A stretch of DNA of 64,000 nt. Origin: Paraphysomonas bandaiensis. Taxonomy: Eukaryota; Protista; Chrysophyceae. Location: positions 124,001 to 188,000 of the forward strand of contig CBFFRP010000136.1 of the NCBI GenBank assembly GCA_965644295.1, given 5' to 3'. Of this stretch, positions 25,216 to 36,838 are shown piece after piece (position 1 is the stretch's first letter; every line of letters starts with the position of its first letter). The notes under the pieces are model-generated. The model was not told the origin of the DNA. It saw only the letters and a program-made list of their open reading frames with translations, and ran no database searches. The translations under genes were made by a program, and so were the position numbers.

Positions 25216-26227
25216 CTGTTAGAAAACGTTATCTCACCACAAGTGTGGTCTGCATCGTCTATTCGTCAGTGCAAACTATGCCCTTATTCCTCTCATAGGC
25301 CTGTTATTGTGTGTCTGTGGATATGTGTATATATGTACACTGTATATGGCCCATATCACATCATACTTGAATAGACAAAATCCCGCTATTTTGGACCAAA
25401 ATACCGTAATTACCTTCCTTAAACCTCGAAATCCCTGTTTTTAGTGCTGTGTATAGATACAGTCAGACATCTTAACGTTATAGCAGTCCTCCTTCATATG
25501 ATTCGCATGTCATAAAGCCATATTGACGCTCTATAATTCGGCATTTCTCAACCGTTTATGCATGTGGGTAATATAATATGTCCGTACATGCATTGCAATA
25601 TAGTCTATGGACCGATATTATGCATCAAATTGTGACTTGCATACAGCTTGTTGCTTGTTGTATGCGTAACGCCGCTAAGGCGGGAGTAACATGAAGTGTA
25701 GGCCACCGGGATGCCTTGACGGCATCTAAAGTAAATGTTGTTTGGGGTATCACCACATGGAATGTAAACCTTCATTGCTCTCATCAAATAATCATAGTCT
25801 GCGTGGCAAAGAATGAGAATTGGTGTCGTAAACGAAATCGTATACTCATATACATAGCTTTTGATGCTACATGTAGGGCTGTACTACGTTCGAGGGAGAT
25901 AATGTTGAGTAGTATGTACTTATCTAGAACTAGGATCACATGAATTCTCTGGGCTCAATTCACTTTTTTATGTCATCGCTATCACGAACGTCGAGTTCAA
26001 TTAATGCAATTGATGTGTCTATTGACTCCATACAAATTGATAAATAAAGAGCAACAAACAGTTTGATAAATTATAATTACATATAGCACTGGCTAGTTTG
26101 ATAATGACGAACTCTATAGCTTAGCATTCGCACAATAGATGACACTAGCAAGTAATATTTAAGAACAACACAGCTTAGTATTGCATCAGCAACAACGCTA
26201 CATTACGATAAACGAAAAGTCATACAC

Positions 26228-27999
26228 TTACAACCGCGACAGATTGATTCTAGGACAAATACAGTCCCTCCACGGCCCACTCTTTAACTCCAACACTTCA
26301 GTGGAGAGCGTTGGTACATTTTTATCGCCCCCCCCCCTAGGGCAACATGGTACCACACTCATATTTTGCTGAAGATATTGCGAGGGATAAGGTTCGGTGT
26401 TTCGCACGTGTTCATCAGCAGCGAGAGTTAGTGACTTGGCAATGGCTTGGTACTGGGGCTTGGACGTATTAAGTGGAATCGCTTCAGCTGGATCCCACTC
26501 TACATTAAAGAGAAGAGGAGGATCATGCACTTCTCCTGGGTCGCTGAAATTAAACCCACTGCGAGTAATAAAATGAGCCTTGTATGGTCCACACCTTATG
26601 GCGTACAGTGTATGCTCCCGCCAGAGATATATGCACTCGTGGGGATCTGACACTGGTTCATTGGACACCAGCAGCTCTCTCAAGCTAACTCCGTCCAAAA
26701 CCAATCCCTCTGGAACCGGCTTCCCCGCAAAATCTAAGAATGTTGGAAAAAGGTCCATTGCGACAACTGGAGCGCGAATTACTTGTCCGGGAGGAACTTT
26801 TCTGGGATATGACAGCAACATTGGTACCCGCACACCGCCCTCCCAAGTGCTGCCTTTGCCTTCAAAGAAAGGCGCGTTGCTTCCCCCGTCGTAAGGTCCC
26901 ATACCGCGTGTAGGACGATTGCTGTTAAGGCCATTATTTGGGTTAATCCATGCCCCGTTGTCTGAAGTGAAAACGATAACTGTGTCCTGTAGAAGATTAC
27001 CTTTCTCAAGGGCGCGGTATATGCGACCAATACTCATGTCCATCTCTTGTACACTATCTCCGAAGAAACCACGTCTACTCTCACCCTCATAGTCAGCACT
27101 AAGGAACAGTGGTACATGTGGATTTTCATATCCTATATGAAGAAAGAATGGTTTCGAGAAATCCAGATGGTCGAAGAGAGACTCGTCCTCTTGTGGCCGA
27201 ACTTCCGCCTTGATGTCGGTCAGCTCTTTGGTATCTGCTGCTCCTTGACCCACCGCGAACCGAAGGACCAACTCCTCCACAAGTGAGGTATATCTTGACG
27301 TCAGATCGCTCTCGTTGAAGGGCTGTTCTATATAGTTGAAGCCAGTGGAAAGAAGTGGCACCGGTGGGAACACAAGGCCCTCTGGCATTGGTCCTGGATA
27401 CCCTGTGCAAGGACAATCAGTTTGCTTACGGCAATAGAAGTTTGTATGGCCATACCTTCCTCGTGAGAGTACGGGAGACCATAAAAAAAGTCAAATCCTT
27501 GATTGCCTCCACCAGGGAGGCATGCCTCTTTTTCATTATGGCCCAGATGCCTGAATAAAAACTGAGATATGTACACTGGAAGTCAATGAATTTACCATTT
27601 TCCAACCATAAGAGTTGAGTAATCTTCCTTTAGAGCTCCAGCAATAGTTAGCTCAGATCGGGGAAGGCATCCAACACTGGTGGGGTAGAATACTCTGAAT
27701 ATACTATCGACGGGATAGTCGAAATCTGTGTATATCCCTGACCTAATGGGCAGCCGACCGGTCATCAGAGAGGCTCTTGACGGGGTACACAGCGGAGCAG
27801 ACGCATAAAACTGAGTGAATCTTGCCCCAGAACTAGCAATACGATCAATATTAGGTGTTTCAATGGTCGGTGATCCGTATGAGGTGAGGTCATTGTAACC
27901 CAAATCATCCGCCACTATTAGTAATATATTAACACCATTGCTGTCCTCAGCGATAGCCTGCACACCCAACACACCAATAAGTAGAAGTAAATATAACAT
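26228..27999 (-). CDS. Secreted/lysosomal arylsulfatase (family S1), 3 exons
   Basis: Signal peptide; NILLIVADDLG, formylglycine motif CTPSRASLMTGR, GKW/HLG split across an intron, FTSDNG, GKGSTWEGGVRVP. Confidence 0.95.
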
Positions 28000-28337
28000 G
28001 GGGATAAAGGGTTGAGGGTGTTAATTGATGTGAAGGTGAGTCTGTTAATGAGTGCTAAAGTGGGATGGATGGATGTATATATGTGTATATGTATTTACTG
28101 CTGTAGAGTGTATGTACTGTAGGTATGTATACTGCTGGTATAGTGTATATGTGTATATTAATGCAGTGGAATACCTCAAATACATTATAGGAATACGCTG
28201 TTCCAATGACAACAAGAGTCCTTCATATCATACATACACACATACACACACATAAGTCCCTCTCATCTCATCCACAAGACCCCTTATCAAGTAACCAAAG
28301 TCTCTGTGAGTGCATCCCATGATCAAGTGAATCACCC

Positions 28338-31300
28338 ATGAGCTCAAATCATATCCCTGATGAGTTCATTGAGATCTTATCGCGTATAGAGCAGAGGCTG
28401 TCGTGTTGTATGTGGTATGATCATATGCTCTATATATCACACCCAATAACATCATAGATACACTTACAGTCAAGCGTATGAGTCTCCGGAGTTCTTTAAT
28501 TGTGGACATGTCCTCTGCACGTATGTACATATCTCATACACAGCGTAGTGTCTCGTGTATAGTGTTTAGTTCTCGTGTATAGTCATATACAGTCTATTTT
28601 AAATAGATTGCTATATATCATATGCATGTTATGTATCTGCCACTTCTGTGAGCTCACTACTGAACAGATCATGTTGCGAAAATACGAAATCAAAGTGTCC
28701 ATTGTGTAAAACAAGCATCATAGAACCGGCCTCGTCAAGGAATCGCATATTGGTATGATGTTTATGATATGTAAATTGCCACACGATTCATGTTTTCACT
28801 TTCATTAAGGACAACGTTATACCTTTATTAAAGTGCATCAGGGATCATTTATCGAATCAAGAAGCTCAGGTGCAGCAGACACTTTGTGAAGTATATTCTG
28901 TGGTCTTATGCGTGAGTAGGTATCAGCTGTGCAGGATGGAAGCACGAAGGGTATTTCTTGTGGTGCTGTGGAAGGCAACACTACTCACACTGATAACGCC
29001 GATGAAGAAAGGATATGTAGTGAAGCAGATAGTATATGTGCTGATTATGCTAGCACAGTGGATAAGAGTAGCAGTGAAACCCAACACGACTGTGGTGCTC
29101 CCAAGGAATATTTATCGAATCAGGAAGCTCAGGTACAGCAGACACTTTGTGAAGTATATTCTGTGGTCTTATGCGTGAGTAGGTATCCGCTGTGCATGAT
29201 GGAAGCACGAAGGGTATTTCTTGTGGTGCTGTGGAAGGCAACACCACTCACACTGATAACGCCGATGAAGAAAGGATATGTAGTGAAGCAGATAGTATAT
29301 GTGCTGGTTATGCTAGCACAGTGGATAAGAGTAGCAGTGAAACTCAGCATGACCCTGAGTGTAATGTAGATGTTTGTTTATCATCACCAACACCGACCCT
29401 GACCCCACCTCCTTTTCGTATTCCTCGACATGGACGTCCCTTCTTATCTACATCAGCACCAGTTTATCAGGATAGCCCTACGCAGAGGGACGCCTCTCTT
29501 TCATCAGGAGAGAAACAAGAAGGATATGTGCCGGATACGTATTGCGCCCCGGTGTCCCTTTCTGGAAGTAGTATATTCTCTCCCAATAGTGGACATGTCA
29601 CCGATAAACCCATTGCCTTGTGCGGTTCAAGCCCGGAGCATGGTGTGTCTGAGGGAGAGGGGAGCTTGTGTGACAGTGACGCTGATATACCACACTTAAC
29701 TCCTGGTAGAGCTCCGGAGCGAGTGATGGACACATATCAAGTCGACTCACTCCATTTTAATTCACCTTTGTCCCCTCAGTCCTCAGTACATTCGCTGATA
29801 CATCAAGACAATTCTGGTATACATGCCACCACACAGGAAGCACAGGGAAAAGGGCTGATACTTGAGAAGGATATTTTGAACAGTGACACCGAGATAGGAT
29901 CATATCGACAATGTGATATCGTTCCTGACAGCTACGACGTCCCTCCTGTGCCTGTAGTTGCGTCGCGGACGTCAGCAACTGTTGTCGGAGATCGAAATGA
30001 AGAGACACCTACACAAGGTGACCCTTATGCTGTACATGATGACGAAACTGCGTGTGGATCGGTAGCAGCGCCGACCCACAGCCCCCGTCATTGCTTCAGT
30101 ATTGCCACATGGGGCGAAGAGGTGTTTGTTAAATATTGTTAGACGCTCAGTGCACTTATATATTCTACTAGATATACGGCGAAATTCTGCACTTGAGGCG
30201 CTCAATGGAAGATGGTACCTGTCCTCATCCACCCTCCGAAGCCATGCTTCATCCACCGCCGACGCGTACTGTCGATTCTAATACCACGATTTGTGGAGAG
30301 CCGAAGAATGTGAAGGTGGAAAATAAGATTGACACGGCCAGTTTACCCAGGCCCGTGGACTTCAAAATTGCTCTCTCACATTCAGGGGTACGAATACGAC
30401 ACTCTGGACTTGACCTGGCTACGAAGGAGCTGCTGAAGACATGCGTCGACAGAGGTAGCTAGTTTTTACAGCGTTTTCTCTCCTAACACAAGTTCGGTAT
30501 TTGGTGTAGGTGTGGTCACTCTAATTGGAGGTAAACTAAAGGGTGACTGGGACCTGCTCCTGGTTGATGTTACGGACGATGGGGCACGGCGTGTGTGTGA
30601 GCGGACGAAAAAATACATTCAGGCTGTGTGTATAGGGCCACAGTGGATAATAGATGGTTTTGCATGGCTAGAGGCGAGTGCTAAACGAGGTCAGTGCATT
30701 CTTCCACCAGAAGAATTTGAGGTACCCGTATTGCCATAGCTGTATGAATCTCACCCCCATTAATAGATTGACGGAACAAAACACGACTCTTGTCTCGGTG
30801 GCCCGCTGAAGTCCCGAATGGCTTACAGGGACCACGAGGTATGTCAGTGTCACTTGTCACCGTGTCGGTTATGTACTTCACCAGGGAAAGTCGATGTTAT
30901 TATCCGGATTTTTGTTTTTCTTTGATTCAACCATTGAAGTGGTTCTAAAAGACTTGACTCGTGGTGGGGAATCTATTGATGAGGGAGAGCTTATGTGGAT
31001 GATTCACATGTGTGGGGGATGCGCTCTAAAGAGTGGCTTCGCCAGTGCGAAAGTCATTGACCGTGAAATTGGCGATGCTGACACGAGGTATTAGTTCAGT
31101 TAACTTAAATGAGATTGCTTGTTCATGTTGTGTTTGTTTTGTAGAGGAAAAAAATGCATTTATTTGGGAAAAGGACGGCTGGAACACAAGAACAAAAGAA
31201 AAAATGATGGCGATATAAAAAGTAAGGAGGATGTGAATAGCCGTTTAATATATTCAGCTTGTGGTATGCACTGGAGAGTTAAATGTGTACCTCAACCACT

Positions 31301-31352
31301 GTTGTGGTTACTTGATGTTATTTGTTGTCATAAAGTGTTACCGTATAGATAA
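28338..31352 (+). CDS. RING finger + tandem-BRCT protein (BRCA1/BARD1-like), multi-exon
   Basis: Spliced C3HC4 RING: CCMC-QAYESPEFFN-CGHVLCTSC...CPLCK (introns about 28414-28469 and 28521-28667). Disordered middle; BRCT-like RTKKYIQAV..GPQWIIDGFAWLEAS..LPPEEFE, GP..SR.LLSGFLFFFD and WLLDVI. Confidence 0.75.
28847..29346 (+). repeat. Near-identical tandem duplication, period 263 bp (50-nt intron + 213-nt exon)
   Basis: Intron copies at 28870-28919 and 29133-29182; exon copies start at 28920 and 29183. Confidence 0.95.
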
Positions 31353-32366
31353 TTAGTTGTGACGTGAAATTATTTTAGACTAGCACACCTTGATTACAGT
31401 AAATAACATTTTTTACACAATATTTGTCTACTAGAGGAGAGTTTTCCGCTGCATCAGTGTACAGAATCATTCAACATAGTTTTACTGACGATCACTTCTT
31501 TACATGCCATCAGCATACTGACTTACAGCGAGCCATATTCTTTGAGGGTATATTATATATTACACGGCGTTGTCTAGCGGATAGGGTGATAGGGTTGACA
31601 GTGTTGAACACTATTTAACCTTTTATGTATATTGTATATATGTGCAATGTTTTATTGTTTTATAATTCATGCGCGTAGTACGTTGGCGTGACAATAAGCA
31701 TCATGTCTGAAATTTATTTGAAATGCAGCATTACAGTTGGAAATAAGCAGCTGAAAAATGTTGATGTGCGCTGTTACTATTGTTGACACTGGTATGGTGT
31801 TACAACAATTAAAAGTAAGCAATGCTAGACAAACTATGACACAATTTTCATTTTGAAAGCGAGGCTTGGCAGAAACTTTATATATATGGCTAATAAATGT
31901 ATTAGTGCTACAAAATCAACAATCAACGACACTACAGGTTGATTTGTACGTTGTAGAGCAAATAGCTGGAAACAATCAAATGCCACCAAGTGTCGAAATG
32001 ACACTTTTGCTTTATGTAATAATACACGATTAGAATTTATTGACCTCTAACCAAAGGTACATTCAGTAGGGAAACGTCGAAGCTAAGGAGGTCATGCTTG
32101 CTAGTGCTTTGGGGCGGTTCAGAATATTTATGTATCAACAGCACTGATACTGAAAGACTCACTGTCTTATGAGTTGTTATGGCCGTGCTGTGGTGGCTAT
32201 GAAACGCAGTCCAATTTTTTCTACTGCTCAGCTCTATATGAACTCTTCGAATGAACAAAGCGTAAATGCGAACTAAACGTAAGTATTTCATTTCCGTGTT
32301 ATTATGTAGATGATATATAATATCGACATCAACCTAATACTCCAAGTATTCCTACTCAAGAATAAC

Positions 32367-33933
32367 TCAATCATTCTCTACTTGTTTCACCTTCTCTCCT
32401 TCCCAATTCCTCCACTCCATACCCTTCGGTGCTTGTTTTTCATCTTCGTAATTCTTTTCCCCAACCTCCTTCCAATTAGTGGAGAGCACAGTACCTGTGT
32501 TACGCAACATCAATGGGCAACCGTACAATACACAAGCAGAATACTGACCGCCTGATGTTTGAAAGGACTTATTCATTGCACGTCTCGTGTCCTCGTCTGC
32601 CTTGGCATATATGTCCCGGAACAGCGTTTGAAGTGCTTCCTATTTACAATAATATTAGTTCACAGATTACAATACTCATGGCATCATACCTCTCCTTCGG
32701 GCTTCTCCTTCTCCAGTTCATCCTTGATCTCGTTTTCAATCTTCTCCCAGTCCCTGTGGGAAGCGTATGGCTTGGGCTGAATAAACGCGTACCATTAAGA
32801 CATTGGAATGACGTATCCACGCATGCATTTGCACACCCTACACGTTTATAACAAAACAACTCATGGAATGTACACTACCTTCTTGACTTGCTCCGTCGTA
32901 GAGGTGGGAGCACGACGTACTGCCGATCCCTCCAGACTCGACCATTCTCCCTCTGCTGCTTTACGTAGAATCACTTCCACCTGACAGTAGTTGATACATG
33001 AACTGCGTCGGAGCAACAAGTGTGCACACATTTCCACCAATATATGACATGCTGAAATAATTCCTACCTTAGTTTTCTTTACTGCCACTCTACACTCTTC
33101 TGGAACAACGGCCGCAAAAAGAGGCTTGTCGAATACAACCACTGCAGAGCAAATGAAATAAGCCGTCCGTTAAATAGACGTATGTGTGGGTGGCACTCAC
33201 CTTCTGCACCATCTTGCATGACGGCAATGCGGAGGTGCTGCGACTGGAAGTTCACCAACGCATCAGACTGCTGAAGATTTTTAACCAGTACGGATATGTT
33301 GACTTGTGAAGAGGACTGGTAGTACTGGTATCGGATTGAGGGCAGCGCAGAAGGAGCAGGAACAGGAGCCACCACAGGCTTCTCGGGCTGTGGAGGAGGA
33401 GGCTTGGAATCCTCCAATTCTGACCAATGGAAGACGGAATTACATCTCAAAACACACAATACTTTCCCAATCACACCTTTTAACTCCGAATCACACTTGC
33501 GGATCCATCGCATGTTCAATACGCAATCTTTCCCCTTGTCGGCACGCAACTTCTTGGATATCTCAAAGCACTTCTTTGAGCTTTCGAATTCATCCAATTC
33601 AAACAAAGCACAACCCTTTCTGAAATAACTAGGCTCGTGATCAGCATTGAGGGATATAGCTCGATTACAGTCCTGTGCAGTGTGATCACTCCATGGGCTC
33701 ATAGACGACACAGACACACATACCTCTACAGCCCGTGAATACTGTTTCAACTTTAAATGAGTTGAAGCTCGACAGGCATAAAGAGGGGCAAAATTAGTGA
33801 GTGTTTGAGCGGCATTGTTGTAGTGCTGTATAAGAATTAATACACATCATACACACACATACATACACACCTCCAGAGCGGCTTCGAACTCCTCATCTAT
33901 ATATAGAACATTACCGTTATTGAATTGCTCCAT
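32367..33933 (-). CDS. SGT1: SGT1 Hsp90 co-chaperone (TPR-CS-SGS), multi-exon
   Basis: TPRs, CS domain (IRYQYYQSSSQVNISV) and SGS domain [51 protein letters not shown] after splicing. Confidence 0.95.
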
Positions 33934-34463
33934 TCCTCTCTGTCTGTAAGGGTGATTATCAATCAGATGGAAGCAACTGTACTATAAGTGAGAGGTGGGG
34001 TGGTGATTCTATTGGACTGTTTGTATTGTGATCCTCTGCAGATGGGTGTGTACTGCTGTATGCTGCATGAGTCGAGTGTCGAGGTGTGTACGTCTAGAGG
34101 TCGAGAGTGTATGTATGTATGTACATGGTACAGCTGTATGAAGAGTTCGAGAAGAAACGTATTCTGTATTCCTCTGTAGTGGAAGCATCTCTGACTCACA
34201 GCTGCTGCTGTATATACATGATGGTACTGCATACAGTATACAGCATACAGTACATGTATACACAGCTCTCCATACTGTACATGTATGCGGTATGATGATC
34301 ACCTCATAGTATACACTGCTGTATACATGGCTCTCTGCTCTGCTCTGCTCTGCTCTGCACATACATATACCATATACATACATACATCTCACCTCCTCTG
34401 TAGCTCATACTCTCATATCAATCCACTTCCACCCTATTAATCACTCTCACCACAACACCACAC
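33934..34463. promoter_or_regulatory. Putative bidirectional promoter (SGT1 / b5-fusion gene)
   Basis: 530-bp head-to-head spacer; GTATGT-rich left half, CATACA-rich right half; CTGCTGTA at 34053, 34205 and 34316; short (CTCTG)n run. Confidence 0.6.
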
Positions 34464-36194
34464 ATGGCCTGGAAACGTGGAACACAGAATAACTCAGCAG
34501 GGGAGATCCGTAAGGGCCATATACGTGAATTCCTCGTATCCTCTAGTAAACAGAGGGGTGTGGTCGGTCAACTCAAGATACTGGCTATGGAAAACACACA
34601 GTTTATTAAAGATTTTGGTGAAGGATACTTCGCATTGATCTGCTCAGAGACGAATGGATTACCCTCTCAGTTCTCTCCATATGTTGATAAGAACGTCATT
34701 CATCTGCACTCTCATGATCATCCCAGGTACACACACACACTCGTTGCAATGAGATTGTAATGCTTTTGTAGATGTGTCCTTTCAGCTCTAATAAACGATC
34801 AAGTTCCGAGAGGCTGTATAGTGTTAAATGAGATTCAGTGCTTAAACTCGAAGGTCTGCGTTGGCGAGTTGGAAGACTGGACTGTCTATCAGGGGGAAAG
34901 TTTTACATATGATGGTCGGGAGGGAGCAATAGGAGATACTGAAGTTCGTTATGTGGACCGACCTGTGCCGTCTTTACAGACTATGGCGATGTGGGTGCGA
35001 CCACGTTACCCGAATGCATCCGATTGTGCTCCTGTGACTCGATTAAATGGTACCACTTTAGCACAGCATATCCAACGGTCGCTTTACGGCGCTATTGTGT
35101 CTGCGGATGAGGTATTTCAAGTCACCTTGGAGGGTGTTGCGGTAGTGTGTCGCGTAGGTGATATGGAAGCTGCTGGAGAGGAGGAACAAGAGGAAGAAAC
35201 AGACATATGCATGCCGGATTGCCATAGAGGTGTGGTGGACGTGGACACTGTAAGTTCCTTGGTCTAATTCCCTCCGATGTACTAATAATATGCATAGTCC
35301 GTTTATTTGTGGGTAGAAGGAACACCCCCAAATTTCGAGTTGCATGATAATCCCATTCGGTCCACTAATCGTGTTATCGCAAACGTGGTGACGGTGTTGA
35401 GTTCTGACGATGAACTTTTCCCCGTAAAGCGCCGCCTACTCCGCCCTTGTATATCTCTCACATCAATAGTTCAAGCAGGACGAGGCAAGTACAAAGATGA
35501 TGAAACAAAGGACAGGCCAGATGAATGGGATGTGCGCGTTCCAGTTGACGCCTGTACCTTCGATAGGGTTTTGCTGTACCTTGAGCATGAGGCACGTGGG
35601 GAGCAATTCAAGTTCGACCCGCTGATAGCCCCTGAGCTTCTAGAGGCCGCCCAGTCACTGCAGGTGCGAGGGCTACAGGAGGCTTGTGAACGAGTACTAG
35701 GAAGTTTTGAGGAACGTGTTCGTCGCACACCTATCCCCTTGCAGGAGGTTATAGATAGGAATGAGCAGGGTAGGCTAATGGCAGAGGATCCGTCTAGACG
35801 GGGTAAACGGGGGGACACCCTTCTCATCATGTCTGGCATGGTGTGTTTGTAAATTTCAGAGCTTTACGGTGTTACATATTTTTGTTTTCTATAGGTACTG
35901 GACATAACGCGGTGGTTAGACGAGCACCCTGGTGGATCAACCATTATCCCGGAGCAAGCACTGAATATGGATTGCACCGCCTTCTTCGAGATATACCATG
36001 CCAGTCGTCAGTCTTTTCTTTATTTGAAAGAGTTTTACATAGGTGAGCTCTCTGAAGTAGACAAAGAAAAGGTTCCTCTACCGCCAGGCGGAGCTGTGCC
36101 GTCACCTGCGTTCTTAGAGCAGCTGAATAGAGTAACCCCGTGGAGACTTAAGCAAGAGGATTTACAGAATTATGTTGTTCATAAATCATTTTAG
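34464..36194 (+). CDS. Multidomain protein: NSF/CDC48-N-like domain + Skp1/BTB-like domain + C-terminal cytochrome b5 haem-binding domain
   Basis: b5: VLDITRWLDEHPGGSTIIPEQALNMDCTAFFEIYHAS..LKEFYIGEL (both His ligands). Skp1-like: VLSSDDELFPV..VDACTFDRVLLYLEH..ELLEAAQSLQVRGLQEAC. The N-terminal part resembles the two NSF N-subdomains. Three GT-AG introns. Confidence 0.75.
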
Positions 36195-36838
36195 TTGCGA
36201 TTCGTTGATAGTTATGCTTTATCCATATATTTCTGATGTGTCATATAAAAATGTTTATTATTTGGAGGAAAATGGTAGGAATTGTGCTTGGATTAGCACG
36301 TAGTGAAGGTTTACTCAGCTGATGAACACTCCGAAATGCCGAAATGCACAATCTAATTCGAATTCTCTATTGGAAGCATTGCAGTTCTGTTTTCCTTAAC
36401 TTATTACTGCTTCGTAAAGCTATACCGTAGTTAACTTGAACTACATCAGTGTTATAATATGTAAATAATGTTGATTGATTGTGTGATTGACAGTTGACCA
36501 TTGAATAGGAAGTATTCTAAAAGCAAGCGTATATAGAAAAAATATATTACTTTATTTCAACTACGGCTATTACATAGTTATACTACATAAAAATTCTACT
36601 GCGCATTAATAATTAATACTGCACTTAAATATCTACGACTAATAACGTCCTGCTACGTAGCCGCAAAAATGAATAAGCTGTTTACATGTTTACATGCACC
36701 AGTCACACAACATATCACGTGAAAGAAAGGAAATCAATACACTGTTCAAATCCGGCGGTGTCCACAAATCTACTACGTAATACAAGTTATTCTATCGAGA
36801 ACTATAGACAGGCAAATATAATTAATAGATATCTAGTA

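Noticed and set aside
25690-25850. HPGG in a minus-strand frame suggesting a cytochrome b5 relic
   Set aside because: Surrounded by stops and lacks the other b5 motifs at correct spacing; likely chance.
28411-28460. Apparent in-frame TGA (possible selenocysteine) in the RING if the AG at about 28457 is the acceptor
   Set aside because: The downstream acceptor TTACAG (28469) gives TGT (Cys) and canonical RING spacing, so no recoding is needed.
16788-33723. Several in-frame, stop-free introns (16788-16841, 22353-22403, 33673-33723) as regulated retention
   Set aside because: With about 50-nt introns a sizeable fraction is expected to be 3n and stop-free by chance; no excess can be shown here.
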